55,376 nucleotides of DNA from Haliotis rubra (lineage: Eukaryota), in NCBI RefSeq assembly GCF_003918875.1, contig NW_025767222.1, positions 372,001-427,376 of the forward strand. The letters run 5' to 3'. A program made the translations under genes and the position numbers. The notes beneath the pieces are model-generated. The model saw only the letters and a list, made by a program, of their open reading frames with translations. It had not been told where the DNA came from and did no database searches. Below, piece by piece: positions 11,663 to 24,664 of this stretch; positions within the stretch are counted from its first letter, which is position 1, and the number at the start of each line of letters is the position of its first letter.

Positions 11663-12224
11663 GGACGCGTGAAGATCTGGGTTAGAATTGATCTTCAGTA
11701 ACCATGCTAGTCGTATCGGGATCTAGGGCTGGGACGGGATACCCGGGACGGGTGGGTAATGAGTTGGACCCGGGTACCTGTCTCAATACCCGGACCCGTT
11801 ATGATCATGTGACTACTAGATTAAACAATGTAGTATGTTATTCTTTCATGATTAAAAGGTTGCAGTGTCTTTCAAGATTTAGACATAATTTACAGTTGAT
11901 GGTTAAGATATTGAAAAACTGGAAATTTTAGCCTCCAGGCTGAAGAATATATTGCCATTTCTTTCAAATTTGATGTCAGGAATTAGCATAATGGGTAATA
12001 CGGTGTGGGGTACCCGGGTAGAAAATTTGGACCGTTCCAGCCCTAATCGTATCGCAATTTATTATGTAGGTCGATGCTCATGTTGTTGATCACTGGATTG
12101 TCTGGTCCAGTTCAGACTTGATTATTTACAGACTGCCCCCATGTAGTACTTGGAATATTGCTGAGTGCTGTGTAGAACTTATTACTTATTATTATTGTTA
12201 AAACTAAACTCACTCACTCACTCT
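11663..12224 (+). mobile_element. SINE family A interrupted by a hAT-like MITE
   Basis: SINE 5' part at 11663-11723; SINE 3' part at 12046-12224 with the aaactcactcactc tail. Confidence 0.8.
11724..12045. mobile_element. hAT-like MITE (TAGGG termini)
   Basis: tagggctgggacgg...ccgttccagcccta inverted termini and tacccgggta subterminal palindromes. Confidence 0.8.
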
Positions 12225-13412
12225 CTCTGAAATACTGTCAGTGTGAACTGTCAGGTTAACAGCTCTTTAATTACCTTGATGTCTTATCCTCAATCATTTA
12301 GCCTTGTAGGTGTTCTATATATACCATGTATACTACGGTATGTTAAAATCTAGCTATTGCAAGTAAATATATAGAGATCTTATTTGATTGGACAAGTTTC
12401 TGTGCTTAGTGAACACTGAGTGTCAATTTCAATTGCAGATTGTCAAAAAATTACCTATTTCATATTATATCCTGTCAAAATTGATGTCACTTACTACAAT
12501 CTAAAGGGAGGTAACCATATTCCTATTGCAAAAGAAAAATGGCTCCTCCCGTATGTGAAATCTGTAAAATGAAATCCTATTCACACCAACTTTAAGTGAA
12601 ATAAAAACTAAAACCTCATCTTGCAGTAGTTGAATATATGTTCATAATATTGATATTAAAGGTCTCTAAATGGCATTTGTAAGTGATACACATATAGAGT
12701 CAAAATGTATGGATGTCAACCTCTATGATAGGGGGACATGATGTTTCGGAGTATATTATTTCCAAATGGCCTGTTTCCATGTTATTTTGTGTCATGTAGA
12801 AGCATGACAAATGAAACATGGATGGCATTTCATCTTAGACATCATCTTGTTCATCTTGTTCACATCATGCAACTGATGCAGATGATCAATAAGACAACAA
12901 ATCCCTCTACCTGAATTTAGACTTAATGAACTTGACAAATGATATACAGCCATATCCGACAGATTGTTTTGAGATTTTCCTGTTGTCCTTTTTCATCAAT
13001 AAGCATGACATGTGAAACATAGTTGAAATGATCTTTACACAGACCTTTACTGGTTTCTTTGTAAAGAAATCACAGTGTAAACTGGATTGTCTGGTCCAGC
13101 AACAACTCTCATCATATAGCTGGAATCACACTGAGTGTGCCATTTTACCAATAGATATAATTCTTTTTTGATAATATGCATTTTTATGCAAGCCATATAG
13201 CCTAACTTCTATTTCAGTGTCTCTGATACCCAAGCTTCCACTGGTGCCAGTGCTCTGCCTAAGAGTGAGGACAACATGTGAGTTGACAAATCGACATGAT
13301 TCTTTATGTATGATCCACAACTGGTGTGTGTGAACTTTGTATTTCACTCATGTTAAAATGAGTTCCAGGAGTTTCTAGGTTGTCAGTTCATGTGGACACC
13401 AGAGTCATATAA

Positions 13413-13753
13413 CAGCCTTGCAAACTCCCACCTGCCCGACCGTCCGGGACGGTCTGTTTTGCGACCGGACGGTCAGTTTAAAAAGTTGCACGCCCGATGG
13501 TCTGGCTGTTAAATCAGTGTAATTTTGTAATGCATATAATGACTAAAGCCTTGACTGAAAAACATTTGAAAACATGTGTTATTGTGACAATAACCTGACA
13601 TTAAACAGTTCCCTCCTCTTATTTACGTAACCTTCTTTTTATTTTGTCTTAATCCAGAAAATTCTGGACTGGCAACTTTCCAGCCGGTCTGGTAACTTAT
13701 GAGAGTTACCAGTCCAGTTGTCTGGCTGAAATTTTTGGGAATTTACAACACTG
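13413..13753. mobile_element. MITE with CAG termini
   Basis: cagccttgcaaactccca / tgggaatttacaacactg inverted termini; catataa duplicated on both flanks. Confidence 0.7.
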
Positions 13754-13885
13754 CATATAATTAAACCAATACTTGATTTGGTGGGATGTTTGCAATTCTT
13801 AGAAACAAGATAACTGAAAGGTACGTCCAGAATTCATGATATACAGTGATAGGTAATCAAATGTAAAACTTTCTGGGAAGACGCT

Positions 13886-14575
13886 GTAATCTTCAAATCT
13901 TTAAATCTTTATTTCTGATACTATGAGGCCACGGGCCTATGAGTACAAAAACACCTCATCGGTGCAGACATGAAATAAAATGATAACAATGAAAGCATGT
14001 ATAATATATACAATCTTAATATGACAAAATTGATTTCCTTTTTTCGAATGCATAAAACAGATATTTAGCAGTATTCAAGGAAATGTCTTCATTTTTGGAT
14101 GATAACAACGAATTGAATTTTAGTATATGGGGAAAACATAGAATTGCGACAAAAGATATTTACGCCTTAATTCAATGTAGGCTGGACAGAGAAGTAAGAA
14201 GTGATATTCATTTTCAATTACGCTTAAGTTACACATTTTGCATGTTCTTTGTTCCGGGAATGTTATAGTAACGGCCTCTTTCAATTTCTAAACTATGGGA
14301 ACTTAACCTAAATCGTGATAAACAAGATCTATATTTGGATACAGTAATATGAGTTAAGTATGTTTCACAAGGAATCGTTAATTTAAAATTACAATACGTA
14401 AACATTTTGGGGCTCTCAGATAAATCACTATGGCAAACTTGCCGAAAATTATCTTTCAGTCGTTGAAAAAACATTTTAACAAAAACGTTTTTATCTCCGT
14501 AAGTGTGTGATACCCAAACATCACCAAAACCTAATTTAAATATGATATTTCTAACCTTGGTAACCCAGTGTAATC
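13886..14575 (-). mobile_element. 5'-truncated LINE (CR1/L2-group) ORF2 C-terminus and 3' tail
   Basis: ORF 14474..14229 QRLKD...YLTHI...LSRFRLSSHSLEIERGRY is the conserved post-RT region. A short tandem tail (aatctt) lies at ~13886-13912. Confidence 0.8.
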
Positions 14576-14692
14576 TGTAATCACTAGTTCCACTGACGTG
14601 GTCAGAGCAAGGTAAACTTACTGCATACTTTTTGACAAAAGCAAAAGCAGTTTCTTACCTTTAACATGTTTTATGTTCATTTGAATAATCAG

Positions 14693-15033
14693 GAAACGAG
14701 CAGCAGTGCGCCAGCTGATTGAGAAGTACTACACTCAGCTGACAGATGGGTGTGGCAAGGCAGACTGTGCCAACAAGGCATGTGCATCGTGCCCTGGATT
14801 TTGCTATAAGCACATTGACCGCAATCAATTAGCAGTCCATGCCATGAAGTTGTGCCAAGAAAAGGCGGATCTCTGTGAACAACAGCCTAAGAAGGTGGCC
14901 AAGTTTCCCGTCCAAGAAACCAACCAAGGCACTTCTTCGTCAAAATCCAACAAGCCTGATGGGGATGGTGCTTCAACATCTGGACATACCAGTAGTAAAA
15001 GTATTGTCTCCGAGGCCAAGATATACACAAGAA
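14693..15033 (+). CDS. UBE3A: UBE3A exon 2 (AZUL zinc-binding domain)
   Basis: aatcag|G...A|gtaggt. Translates KRAAVRQLIEKYYTQLTDGCGKADCANKACASC. Confidence 0.93.
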
Positions 15034-15477
15034 GTAGGTTGTGTTCTTTGAGCTAATAGAAGCTATAGAGCTAATAGAGGTTGATGAAGAGACCTAAGTT
15101 TTATTTCCAGATCAGTGTGTTGAAAGCCAGCGTGTCGCTATATGCCTGAGATATTTTCAATGTGCACTAAAAGTTTTGCTTTCTCATTATAAGCCAATAC
15201 AACTTTATGTGCCAACAAATTTAAATGAAATAAAACAATGGATATGCTACAGATTTTTGTTTCACTCTCATGAGTGAAGTATAATACTCAAGTAAAAAAT
15301 CAAAGTATTTTATATATGGATAATGATAGTCAGTTACTGAAAAAATGTAGTCATCAAGAGCATAAAGTAATTTAGTTGTTGACACTGTAATAAATCAGTT
15401 GCATGGATATAGGCTTATTATGAAAATCAAAACTGTCTTCATGATTTTGTCTGAATAAATATTTTTTCATGTTTCAG

Positions 15478-16716
15478 TTCCAGAAGTGAAATTCCTAACA
15501 CTTGAGAAAATGAAAGAAGTAGTGGATAGGTGTAAAGCACAAAATGATTGGGCAGAACTGATAAGAACTGTTGGAGAAGTGTTCAATAACCCAGAATCAC
15601 TCCTGCGGAGTTTTCGGAAAAGTGAAAGCAAACCTGAGACCAGAGAAGTGTCTGCTAAAGTACACGGAGAAGGGGGAAGGGCCTCTTTCTAATCCAGTTC
15701 AGGAGACATGTGGAGCAAGTGCCATGGCAACAGCCACTGCCACACTCTCGGCATCCGATATCCATAATGAACACACATTAGACCTAGACTCATTACGGGA
15801 GATGTATTCAATATTAATGGACATTCCCGATCATCCATTTCAGGGTGCTCTGAATCATGCACTTCTTGTTCTTTCAAACACAGTTGACATGGATTTGAAA
15901 TACCACCATGCGTATGATCGTGATCCCAACTATATCAACATCTTCATCATAGTGCTAGAGATTCCACTTCTCCACAGCCCTGAATTTATTGAAAGTGCAT
16001 TTCCTGTGTTTTGTCGAGCCCTAGGTCAGTTGTCAGTTAAAGGCCAGGCAAAGCTGGCCCAGGTGTGGTCAACATTCGGGACAGATAAACTTCGGGAAAC
16101 ATTGCAGTCCCTGCAGCAGCTCATCACAGTGAAGGTGATAAAGGAGGAAGGCCAGTGGGGGCGGGGTTATCATTTGAACGATGATGAAGGAATTCTAAAT
16201 GCAACAAAAGTCATGAAGATATTGTTCTATGCCAGTATTTATGGTGGTAAGAGAGACTCACAAGCACTTTTAGAAGAAGAGAAGAAAACAAACGAAGCTG
16301 ACGACAGTATTCAGAATGAATTTCTTCAAGGTGCTGTAGCACATGAACCAAAGGAGCCATACCAACAGAAGGAAGACCCATTAGGAAAGGAACTAGGTGT
16401 GAATGTTCTAGACTGTAGAGAACCCTTAATACCATTTGAAGAGTTTGTTAATGAGCCTCTAAATGAGCATATAGACATCAGCACAGATTATGCATACTAC
16501 AAAACAGACTCTGATTTGAAGTTTTCTTTTGTGACACATAATTTTATACTGACCACAGCGTCGAAGTACACCAGTATGTACTTTGACAATAGAATCCGAA
16601 TGTTGAATGAGAGAAGGACATCGTTCTTACATACAATAGTTCATGGAGGACCTCCAATGCCGTATCTCCGAATTCGTGTTCGGCGAGATCATGTGATAGA
16701 TGATGCCTTAGTTGCG
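15478..16716 (+). CDS. UBE3A: UBE3A large exon 3 (central region to HECT start), with an apparent frameshift at ~15625-15690
   Basis: FLTLEKM...LIRTVGEVFNNPESLLRSFRK, then in the shifted frame YDRDPNYINIFIIVLE..LHSPEF...PYLRIRVRRDHVIDDALVA|gtaagt. Confidence 0.93.
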
Positions 16717-16980
16717 GTAAGTTTTTCTCAACATGATTTCTTTATTGTGTGGGGTTGGGGTTCTGGAGGCTCTGGCTGGTCAGTTGTCTACAGCACTGCA
16801 GACTTGCTTCCCTTTGCCAGAAACCCTGGAATTGAATCTGTTTATGATTCTTGGTTTGTCACACTTGATCATGGGTTTCACAATAGAAGTTAAAGGTTTT
16901 GACCTAAGAAAGATATTAAAAATGAAATGCTATTAATGGTTATTACAACTTGAACTTGTTGAACATGCTGAACATATAAC

Positions 16981-17226
16981 CAGGGGTGGAAATAACCCAT
17001 TGCCTGACACCCAAGTCAAGTGTTTTTTTCTGTTGGGCAAGCAAATTTGTATATCACACTGTACTGGTGTCCAGTTGATATTCCAATTTTATTTATTTTG
17101 TTTATTTAAAAAATCAACAAGAATATGGCCGGTATAGTGGAAAAATTATCAGGGCAAGTGATTTTACATGTGCCACTGTACCGGAGTAGGAGTACACTAG
17201 CAATTTTAAAGTTATTTGCACCACTG
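16981..17226 (+). mobile_element. MITE with 5-bp TSD, copy 1
   Basis: caggggtggaaataac...gttatttgcaccactg; ataac on both flanks; near-identical to 29268-29508. Confidence 0.85.
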
Positions 17227-17533
17227 ATAACTGATGTAAGTTTATGGATGTTTATGATGCTTTGCAATTTTCTAAACTTTCACCTCAGCACTTTAGATTT
17301 TTGAGAGTAAACAGTAAACTACAGTTTTAACAAACCCAAATGACCACAACCTTTAGTTCTTTATATGCATGTTATCAAAAAAATATAGCAAGAGGTCAGG
17401 ACTAAAAAACAGTTTATGTCTATCAGTTCATTACAAGCATGTTCGTTTTTATCGTTATTTGCTGTGCCCAAAGGCAAAGATATATGTTGTAAAACTTGGT
17501 AATTGACATTTAACTGTCACAGCTCTAGGATAG

Positions 17534-17657
17534 TGAGTGAGTGAGTAAGTGGGTTTAGTTGTACGCCACACTCTGCAATCTTCTAGCTATATGGCGGCGG
17601 TCTGTAAATAATGGAGTCTGGACCAGACAATCCAGTGATCAACAACATGAGCATCAA
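17534..17657 (-). mobile_element. SINE family A, 3' fragment
   Basis: GAGT tail plus gctatatggcggcggtctgtaaataat; flanked by the direct repeat agctctaggatag. Confidence 0.8.
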
Positions 17658-17659
17658 AG

Positions 17660-19100
17660 CTCTAGGATAGCTGTTTGGAACAAGGCCATAGACTCAATAC
17701 AGCCATAAGAAGAAGATTGCTGTATGAAACAGGCTTTTGACTTACAACTGTCACACTGCTAAGATTGCTTTGTGAAACATTATTGTCATAAAGCGTATAG
17801 CTTTTAGAAACAGGATTTTAGATTGACAAGATTCTTAGTGCTGTGATACCTTCATGAAACAGTTTATAGAAACTATAACTGTGTGATGGACTATCAGCTG
17901 TCATAGCTAAGATGGCTGCGTGTAATAGCAGGGTGCGATTTCAGTTGTAGTTTTTTTCAGTACCTGCACCAACCTGGCCTATAGATTTGGCTGCATCATC
18001 AGAATTTTGCACCGTAAAATAATGTCACTGGTTCTAAAAAGTTATATAAATTCATAACAAGTACTCAGTATTAATATACGTAGAACCAAACCTGACCCCA
18101 TGATGTTAAATCAATCTAATTTTGACAGTTATTGATCTATAACCCAGTTGCCCATTGCTATCTGAGTGCTATGATGTCTGTGTTTCTGTACCCTTTTTCA
18201 CAAATCTTTCTTAGCTGTGACAGTTATAAACATTTAACCCTATTCAGTGTGTGATTTAGCTATTTAAAACCTGCACTGGTGCATGTTTAAAATGGCTGGT
18301 GCAGGTTACTTTTAGTAGCCCAGTGCAGGTAGCAACATCTTGGAGCTGTCATCGTGTGTCTTAATTAGAAGTATGGAACTGCAAGTGATACGTTTCTCTC
18401 CGCATGATTTGTTACAAGCAGAAACATTTGTGCACTCATAAAGCAGTTACGTAGCAGTAATCATATAACTGAGATTTATAAACAAAGGTAAATTGAAACA
18501 GAATCATTCATGCTTTTGTGAAACTGAGTGATAGACTTACCACTGTCATATAGCTAAAATAGATTTGTGACACATTGTCATAGACACACAGCCGTCATAG
18601 TGCTAAGATAGCTTTGTGACACATTGTCATAGACACATAGCCGTCATAGTGCTAAGATAGCTTTGTGACACAGGGTCATAGACACATAGCTGTTATAGCA
18701 CAAAGATTCTTTTGGGCAACTGGTTGTAGATCTTTATCTGTCAAAATAAGATTGCTTTGTGAAACTGGGATGTAGACTTAAAACTGTCATATGACCAAAA
18801 TGGCTTTGTGACACAGGGTCATAGACACATAACCATCATAGCGCGAAGATTCTTTTGGGCAACTGTGTTATAGATCTATAGCTGTCAAAATTAGATTAGC
18901 CATCATAGTGCTAAGATAGCTTTGGTGAACTTGGTTATAGACTTAAAACTGTCATATGGCTAAGAAGTTACTAAGATAGCTTTGTGAAACATGGTTTACA
19001 AACACAGAGCTGACATAGCCGTCCATGGCACTAAGTTAGTTTTGAGCTTGGCTATAAACTTACAACTGTCATTACTAAGACAGCTGTTTGAGACAGGGTT
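17660..19100 (+). repeat. Degenerate ~49-bp minisatellite (best preserved at 18540-19100), interrupted by an unrelated insert at ~17930-18340
   Basis: Unit approximately gtcatagtgctaagatagctttgtgacacattgtcatagacacatagcc. Confidence 0.8.
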
Positions 19101-19169
19101 CAGCATGGTCAGTGGGACTGTGACTTGAATCACTTGATGTCTCACCTTGATGATATGATGTTTGTTTAG

Positions 19170-19314
19170 CTGGAGATGGTCGCCATGGACAACCCAGGGG
19201 ATCTGAAGAAACAGCTGTTTGTAGAGTTTGATGGGGAGCAAGGTCTAGATGAAGGCGGTGTATCGAAGGAGTTTTTCCAGTTGGTGGTTGAGGAGCTGTT
19301 CAACCCAGATATAG
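19170..19314 (+). CDS. UBE3A: UBE3A exon 4 (HECT N-lobe)
   Basis: tttag|[49 protein letters not shown]|gtattt. Confidence 0.96.
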
Positions 19315-19574
19315 GTATTTTATACTAGATACAGGCACAATGTGAGCAAGAAATTTTGTGCTGTTAGTGATCATAGAAATCATAGTGTAATGTTACTTCT
19401 GAAAGAAGCTTTGATGAGATATGGGTCAATGGTGTTTGTCATTAATAGTGTGGTAATACAATCCATCAGATAATCTGGGATGGAACAGAGTAGAAACAGT
19501 AACTGTTTTCAATGATTTGCATGTCATGTTTATGAATACATATATTATTGTGTGAAAATATATATTTCTCATAG

Positions 19575-19780
19575 GTATGTTTACGTACAACGAATCAACC
19601 CACCACTTCTGGTTTAACCCAATGTCCTTTGAGAATGACGGTCAGTTCACCCTGATTGGTATTGTCCTTGGTTTGGCAATATACAACAGCTGCATCCTGG
19701 ACATCCACTTCCCCATGGTTGTCTACCGCAAACTGCTCGGCAAGAAGGGCACATACGACGATCTCCATGATGTAGACCAG
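19575..19780 (+). CDS. UBE3A: UBE3A exon 5 (HECT)
   Basis: catag|[16 protein letters not shown]...[26 protein letters not shown]...DVDQ|gtatgg. Confidence 0.96.
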
Positions 19781-20115
19781 GTATGGAGGTAGTTTTGTGG
19801 GAAACACTATCTCACCAAGAAGCATAAGTAGTATTTGACATTCAATGTTGGTCTGTCTCGAGACCATAGAGAATTAATAGAAAAAAGCGTCAAACTCAAG
19901 TCTAACATGATTTTGCATTTTTGATTCTGGTCTTGAAATAAAGCATTGTTCTGGACCCCCTTTTGTGTTTTAATTTTTATTTAAGAGAGAGATATTTTGA
20001 AATGAGATCCTTTCATAAATGGGACTAAATGTTTATGAATATGGCGTCTACTTTAAGTAAAACTTCAGTTATTGTCAGAAATGACTTTAAAGTGTCTTTT
20101 AAATTGAAATTCCAG

Positions 20116-20283
20116 ACTATTGCCAGTAGTCTGACTCAGTTGCTAGAATATGAAGACGACGACATTGCCGATGTGTTCATGCAGACATTCAGGATCGGAC
20201 ATTCAGATGTGTTTGGCTCAATACTGTCTCATGACCTGAAGGAAAATGGAAATGAAATATTTGTCACTCAGCAAAACAAGCAG
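20116..20283 (+). CDS. UBE3A: UBE3A exon 6 (HECT)
   Basis: tccag|TIASSLTQLLEYE...HDLKENGNEIFVTQQNKQ|gtaagc. Confidence 0.95.
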
Positions 20284-22040
20284 GTAAGCATTTACCGTAT
20301 ACCGGGAAATTTTCGAGGTACTAAAATTTCGAGGTTTGAGACCCCCAGAGCTTTCGAGGTGATTTAAATTTCGAGGTTTGGGGGCCTAAAATATATAAAT
20401 ATTTTAGACAATTTTAATTTCGAGGTTAGAAGAAAGTGCCCAGAAACATGACTTACCGGATTAATACTCAGTGAACTATCGACAAGTAGCCAGTGATAAC
20501 TGCCGTCTGACTGTTATTACTACCGCATACCAGTCCATGGCAGAAATAATAGTAATGAAAACAACCCTTTGTTCCTTTGTTGTGATACATTACCCATGAA
20601 AACACTCTGTCGGCAGTGTTCAAACATGACGCCATTTTTCTCAGGCGATATTGTTTTTAACAACTAACTATAAGCATGTATGATGGGTCTCTGCTGAAAC
20701 TATGTTGTTGTTAGAAAGCTGACAAGTTGACCTCTTTAGCTGAAACTGACCAACTGCACGGATGCCTTACAGCTCGAGGATGTTTGTGTAAACAAGCCCC
20801 TTAAAGACGCGCATTCATCAAACCTGGCATCTCCGATGCAGTCCGTTTGCAGAGAGTGACATCGGTGTATTGACAGTTGGTTTGACTTCAAATGTAATAT
20901 ACCTAAATATTGTCTTACTGAATTTTGGGGGCTAGTATTATTAGCTGTGAGAGAGTATAAATGAATGGCAACTGGCCCACTCTGAACATATTTCGCTCAC
21001 TGAGATGTTCTGCAGCTCGGAGCCGCTAGCTAGTAGCTGCTAGTGGTGGTCCGATTATTTGAAATGATCGAAGATTGGTCGCAATGACTAAATGACCAAG
21101 CAATCAATCATGTTTTCTCATAATCGAACACAAACAAGTTTGTAAGATATGTTTGCATTAACAATATTTTCACAAGGTTGGTTTTGTATGTTGCATTTAA
21201 TAAGCACTAGAAGCTCATTCCAAGTCAGGATTGAATTTATCTTAAAGACTCAAGGAAATTTATGTTCCTAACATACTAGTCATCCTTTAAAGATGTGAAA
21301 TTTGCAAATGCATTTTGTGCAATTTGCTAAAGTATTCATAAGAACTACATGTTTGTTTTTTTATTGTTTGGGCATTAACAAACATACCTTATTGTTTGTG
21401 AATTAACAAACATAATCAGGAAAATTTGATCAATGACGTTAACCAATTATTTTCGATAATTGATCGGTTGTAATGAACCAATCATCAATTATGAGGTTTT
21501 AACCAATTCCCAATGCTAGTAGCTGCAGTATTATTGATGAGTCTTGAAGCAACATTTACTCACTCACTCTGAAGCTGTTATCTGTATCCAGATGTTGTTT
21601 GAACACATCTACGAATTTTGTATGTAATTAATTAGTCCATTATTCAATGCTAATGTGTATAAGGTACATATTAAAAGAGGTTCACCTGTATCCATTTGGC
21701 AATGGTTGGGAAGGCTTTCAGAAGAGTTACTTCCCTTGTTCAAGTGCTTTAGCTATGATTTTCAGTCTTTTGAGCAAAGGATGATTGTTGCTCTATGTTA
21801 GCCTTTACTCAATGCGCTCAGATATTTTTTTTAACCTGGTCTTAATACATTAACTTTTGTATCACCACTGATATATATTCACAAATCTGTTATTGTATGT
21901 TTCTGTGCATTCCCTCATGGCTGGATTGATCTGAGTACAATTCAAATTGGCATTACATCATGCTCCTCACTCATTCTGGTCAATGATTCTGCTGGAACAT
22001 AATGATGCAAGTATTTTCATTATGACTGTTTAATTTTCAG

Positions 22041-22196
22041 GAGTTCGTTAACCTGTATGCAGACTTTATCTTGAACAAGAGTATAGAGAGCCAGTTTCGT
22101 GCTTTCAAGCGAGGTTTTCTGATGGTGACAAATGAAAGCCCTTTCCGCCTTCTGTTCCGACCTGAGGAGGTGGAGCTGTTGGTGTGCGGTAGCAAG
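22041..22196 (+). CDS. UBE3A: UBE3A exon 7 (HECT)
   Basis: ttcag|[49 protein letters not shown]|gtaaga. Confidence 0.96.
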
Positions 22197-23002
22197 GTAA
22201 GAGAGCTTGTTTCAGGATCCTTGTTAGAATGGATTAAAGGTGTAACGTTAAAAATTTCTTATGGTCTGTAGTTAATAATAATGTTGAATTATCTCCCTTT
22301 TTAAAAGGCATTCCATGAGGTAATACCTTGAGGTGCAAGCTTCAGTTGTATTCTTACATTCTTTATTGTATGGAGACTTATTTTGTTTGTGATGTTACGG
22401 TCTGATGTGTGGGAAATGTGTTTTAGGCACGCTTTTGCTCAGTCCATTTTGATATAGAATTGTTTGTGTCATCTGTTGTCGGTAATTGAAATGAGAATCA
22501 TATACAGTCCAGGGATTTAGCTTGGGGTCAAAGGGACTCAAAGTCTTTTTTGCATCGTGATGGATGTACTCGGCATATGTTTTGTGTCAGTATTTAGTTT
22601 TATGCATAGGTGATGGAGGATAAATATGAAAGACTATCTGGATAATTGACAGCCTCCCTGTTTTTTGTTGATGTGATGTCTGCCATGAGAGTTGTGGGTC
22701 CAAGATTTGATCCTTGGCCTCGTCTTAGACAAGAAGTTGATTGTGTTGTAGGAGCACTTACCACATGTTTGTTGTGTGTATAGAGTGGGACAAAGCATAC
22801 AAATACAGAACTGGTTGTAATGGTGGAACCTCAGTTACATCTTATCTGTTGTCTGAGTGACTGTATCTGCATTAGATCGATAAAGGGCAATTGTTCAGCA
22901 CATTTTGAATGTCAAATTGACAGAGGACAGGGTCTGTTTTGCTATTAGTGTACAGATACACTTGACACAGACAACCCGTACTTAACACTGCTGTGCTTGC
23001 AG

Positions 23003-23076
23003 GATCTAGACTTCTTTGCTCTGGAGGAGGCCACAGAATATGATGGTGGATTCACCAAAGATTCCGCTTCAGTCAA
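23003..23076 (+). CDS. UBE3A: UBE3A exon 8 (HECT C-lobe start)
   Basis: tgcag|DLDFFALEEATEYDGGFTKDSASV AA|gtaagt. Confidence 0.95.
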
Positions 23077-23087
23077 GTAAGTATTTT

Positions 23088-23229
23088 GAGTGAGTGAGTG
23101 AGTGAGAATTGCAATATTATGGCGGGAGACACCAGAAATGAGCTCAAACATTGTACCCATGTGGGTCATGAACCCAGATCATCACGTGACTAGCGAACTC
23201 TTTAACCACTTGGCTACCCCACCGCCCTT
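23088..23229 (-). mobile_element. tRNA-derived SINE family B
   Basis: Reverse complement of the 26786-26948 type. Confidence 0.8.
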
Positions 23230-24153
23230 AAGTATTTGGAAACCCACATTTGAGGCAGACATTTTATTATATCGAGAGGTGAAGCATAGATAGAGCTGAA
23301 GCATCCAACAAAAGGCACAATACCATGTCTAGTAGGATATTTGATGTGCAGTATTTCACACAACCCAGTATTTTGGAGTAAATTGTACAATTTTATTGTA
23401 TTGATCTTGCCATAAAAATACAAAGCTGATTGTTTTAGAAAAAAATTCATGATGTTTCTGTTATTTGATTGAGGACAGCAGTCTGACTTATGGACCAAAT
23501 ATTATGTAACCAAACTGGAAGAAATTTCTTTTTGCAGAATGCCTGATGTTAATACAGTTAAAACAAAAGGCAAAAGGGTACATACTGATACAGAATTATG
23601 CTTATGGTTTTATTGAGCTTGATACGTTGATATCGCAGTCCATAACAATAACTTGTTACAGCCAGTTCAGGTGTCCTCTTAGACATTGTATGTCCCTTAG
23701 CCATATAGATTAGGGTGATTTTTGAAGAATTAGAAAAAGTGAGAAAGGTAGGATACTTTATGGATGACACCTTCTTTATTATAATATGATGCAACATTTC
23801 GGTATAGACTCTTATGCCATTGTCAACGTTGTAAGAATCTGTACAGAAATGTCCCATCATTATATAATATAGAAGTTGCTATCCATGTATCACACCTTTC
23901 TTATTGTTCATCAGCTTCTAAAATGCCAATGAAACAGGTTGAGAGTTTGATAGCCTATTAAGTCTATGAATAGTGATGACAAATAAACTAGAAAACTAGA
24001 TCACATTGCACCTACCTGGACCCTTGAGGACATGAGTCCAAGCACTTCATTGGTCATCGTCCGGTGACTTGTTTTCCCATGTGCGTTCTGGTACCCCTAC
24101 AGTGTAGGCAAAAGCACATGTTAATATAGATAAATACATTCTTCCTCAGAACT

Positions 24154-24411
24154 GACCCGTGAAGATCCGGGGTAAAATAGGTCTTCAGCAGCCCATGCTT
24201 GCCACAAAAGTCGACTATGCTTGCCGTAAGAGGCGACTAACGGGATGGGGTGGTCAGGCTCGCTGACTTGGTTGTCATCGGTTCCCAATTGCGCAGATCG
24301 ATGCTCATGATGTTGACCACTGGATCGTCTGGTCCAGACTCGATTATTTACAGACCGCCGCCATATAGCTGGAATATTGCTGAGTGTGGTGTAAAACTAA
24401 ACTCACTCACT
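24154..24411 (+). mobile_element. SINE family A
   Basis: gacccgtgaagatccggg...gtaagaggcgactaacggg...gctggaatattgctgagtgtggtgtaaaactaaactcactcac. Confidence 0.9.
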
Positions 24412-24520
24412 TCCTCACAACTTATTCTGTATTGATTGTGATGGAGGACTATGACCCCCACAGTGGCAGATATTGTTTTGGAATGATGTGATGGCAGTCA
24501 TTTTTATTTGTTACTTACAG

Positions 24521-24664
24521 AAACTTCTGGCAAGTAGTGCATAGTTTATCAGAAGACCAGAAGAAGAAACTGCTGCAGTTTACCACAGGAACAGATCGGG
24601 TGCCAGTTGGGGGGCTGTCCAAGCTCAAGCTCATCATTGCTAGGAATGGACCAGACTCAGACAG
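24521..24664 (+). CDS. UBE3A: UBE3A exon 9 (HECT C-lobe)
   Basis: tacag|[49 protein letters not shown]|gtacat. Confidence 0.96.

Noticed and set aside
16717-16893. C-terminal tail of the 440-aa ORF (VSFSQHDFF...)
   Set aside because: Intron read-through past the gtaagt donor. HECT homology resumes at 19170.
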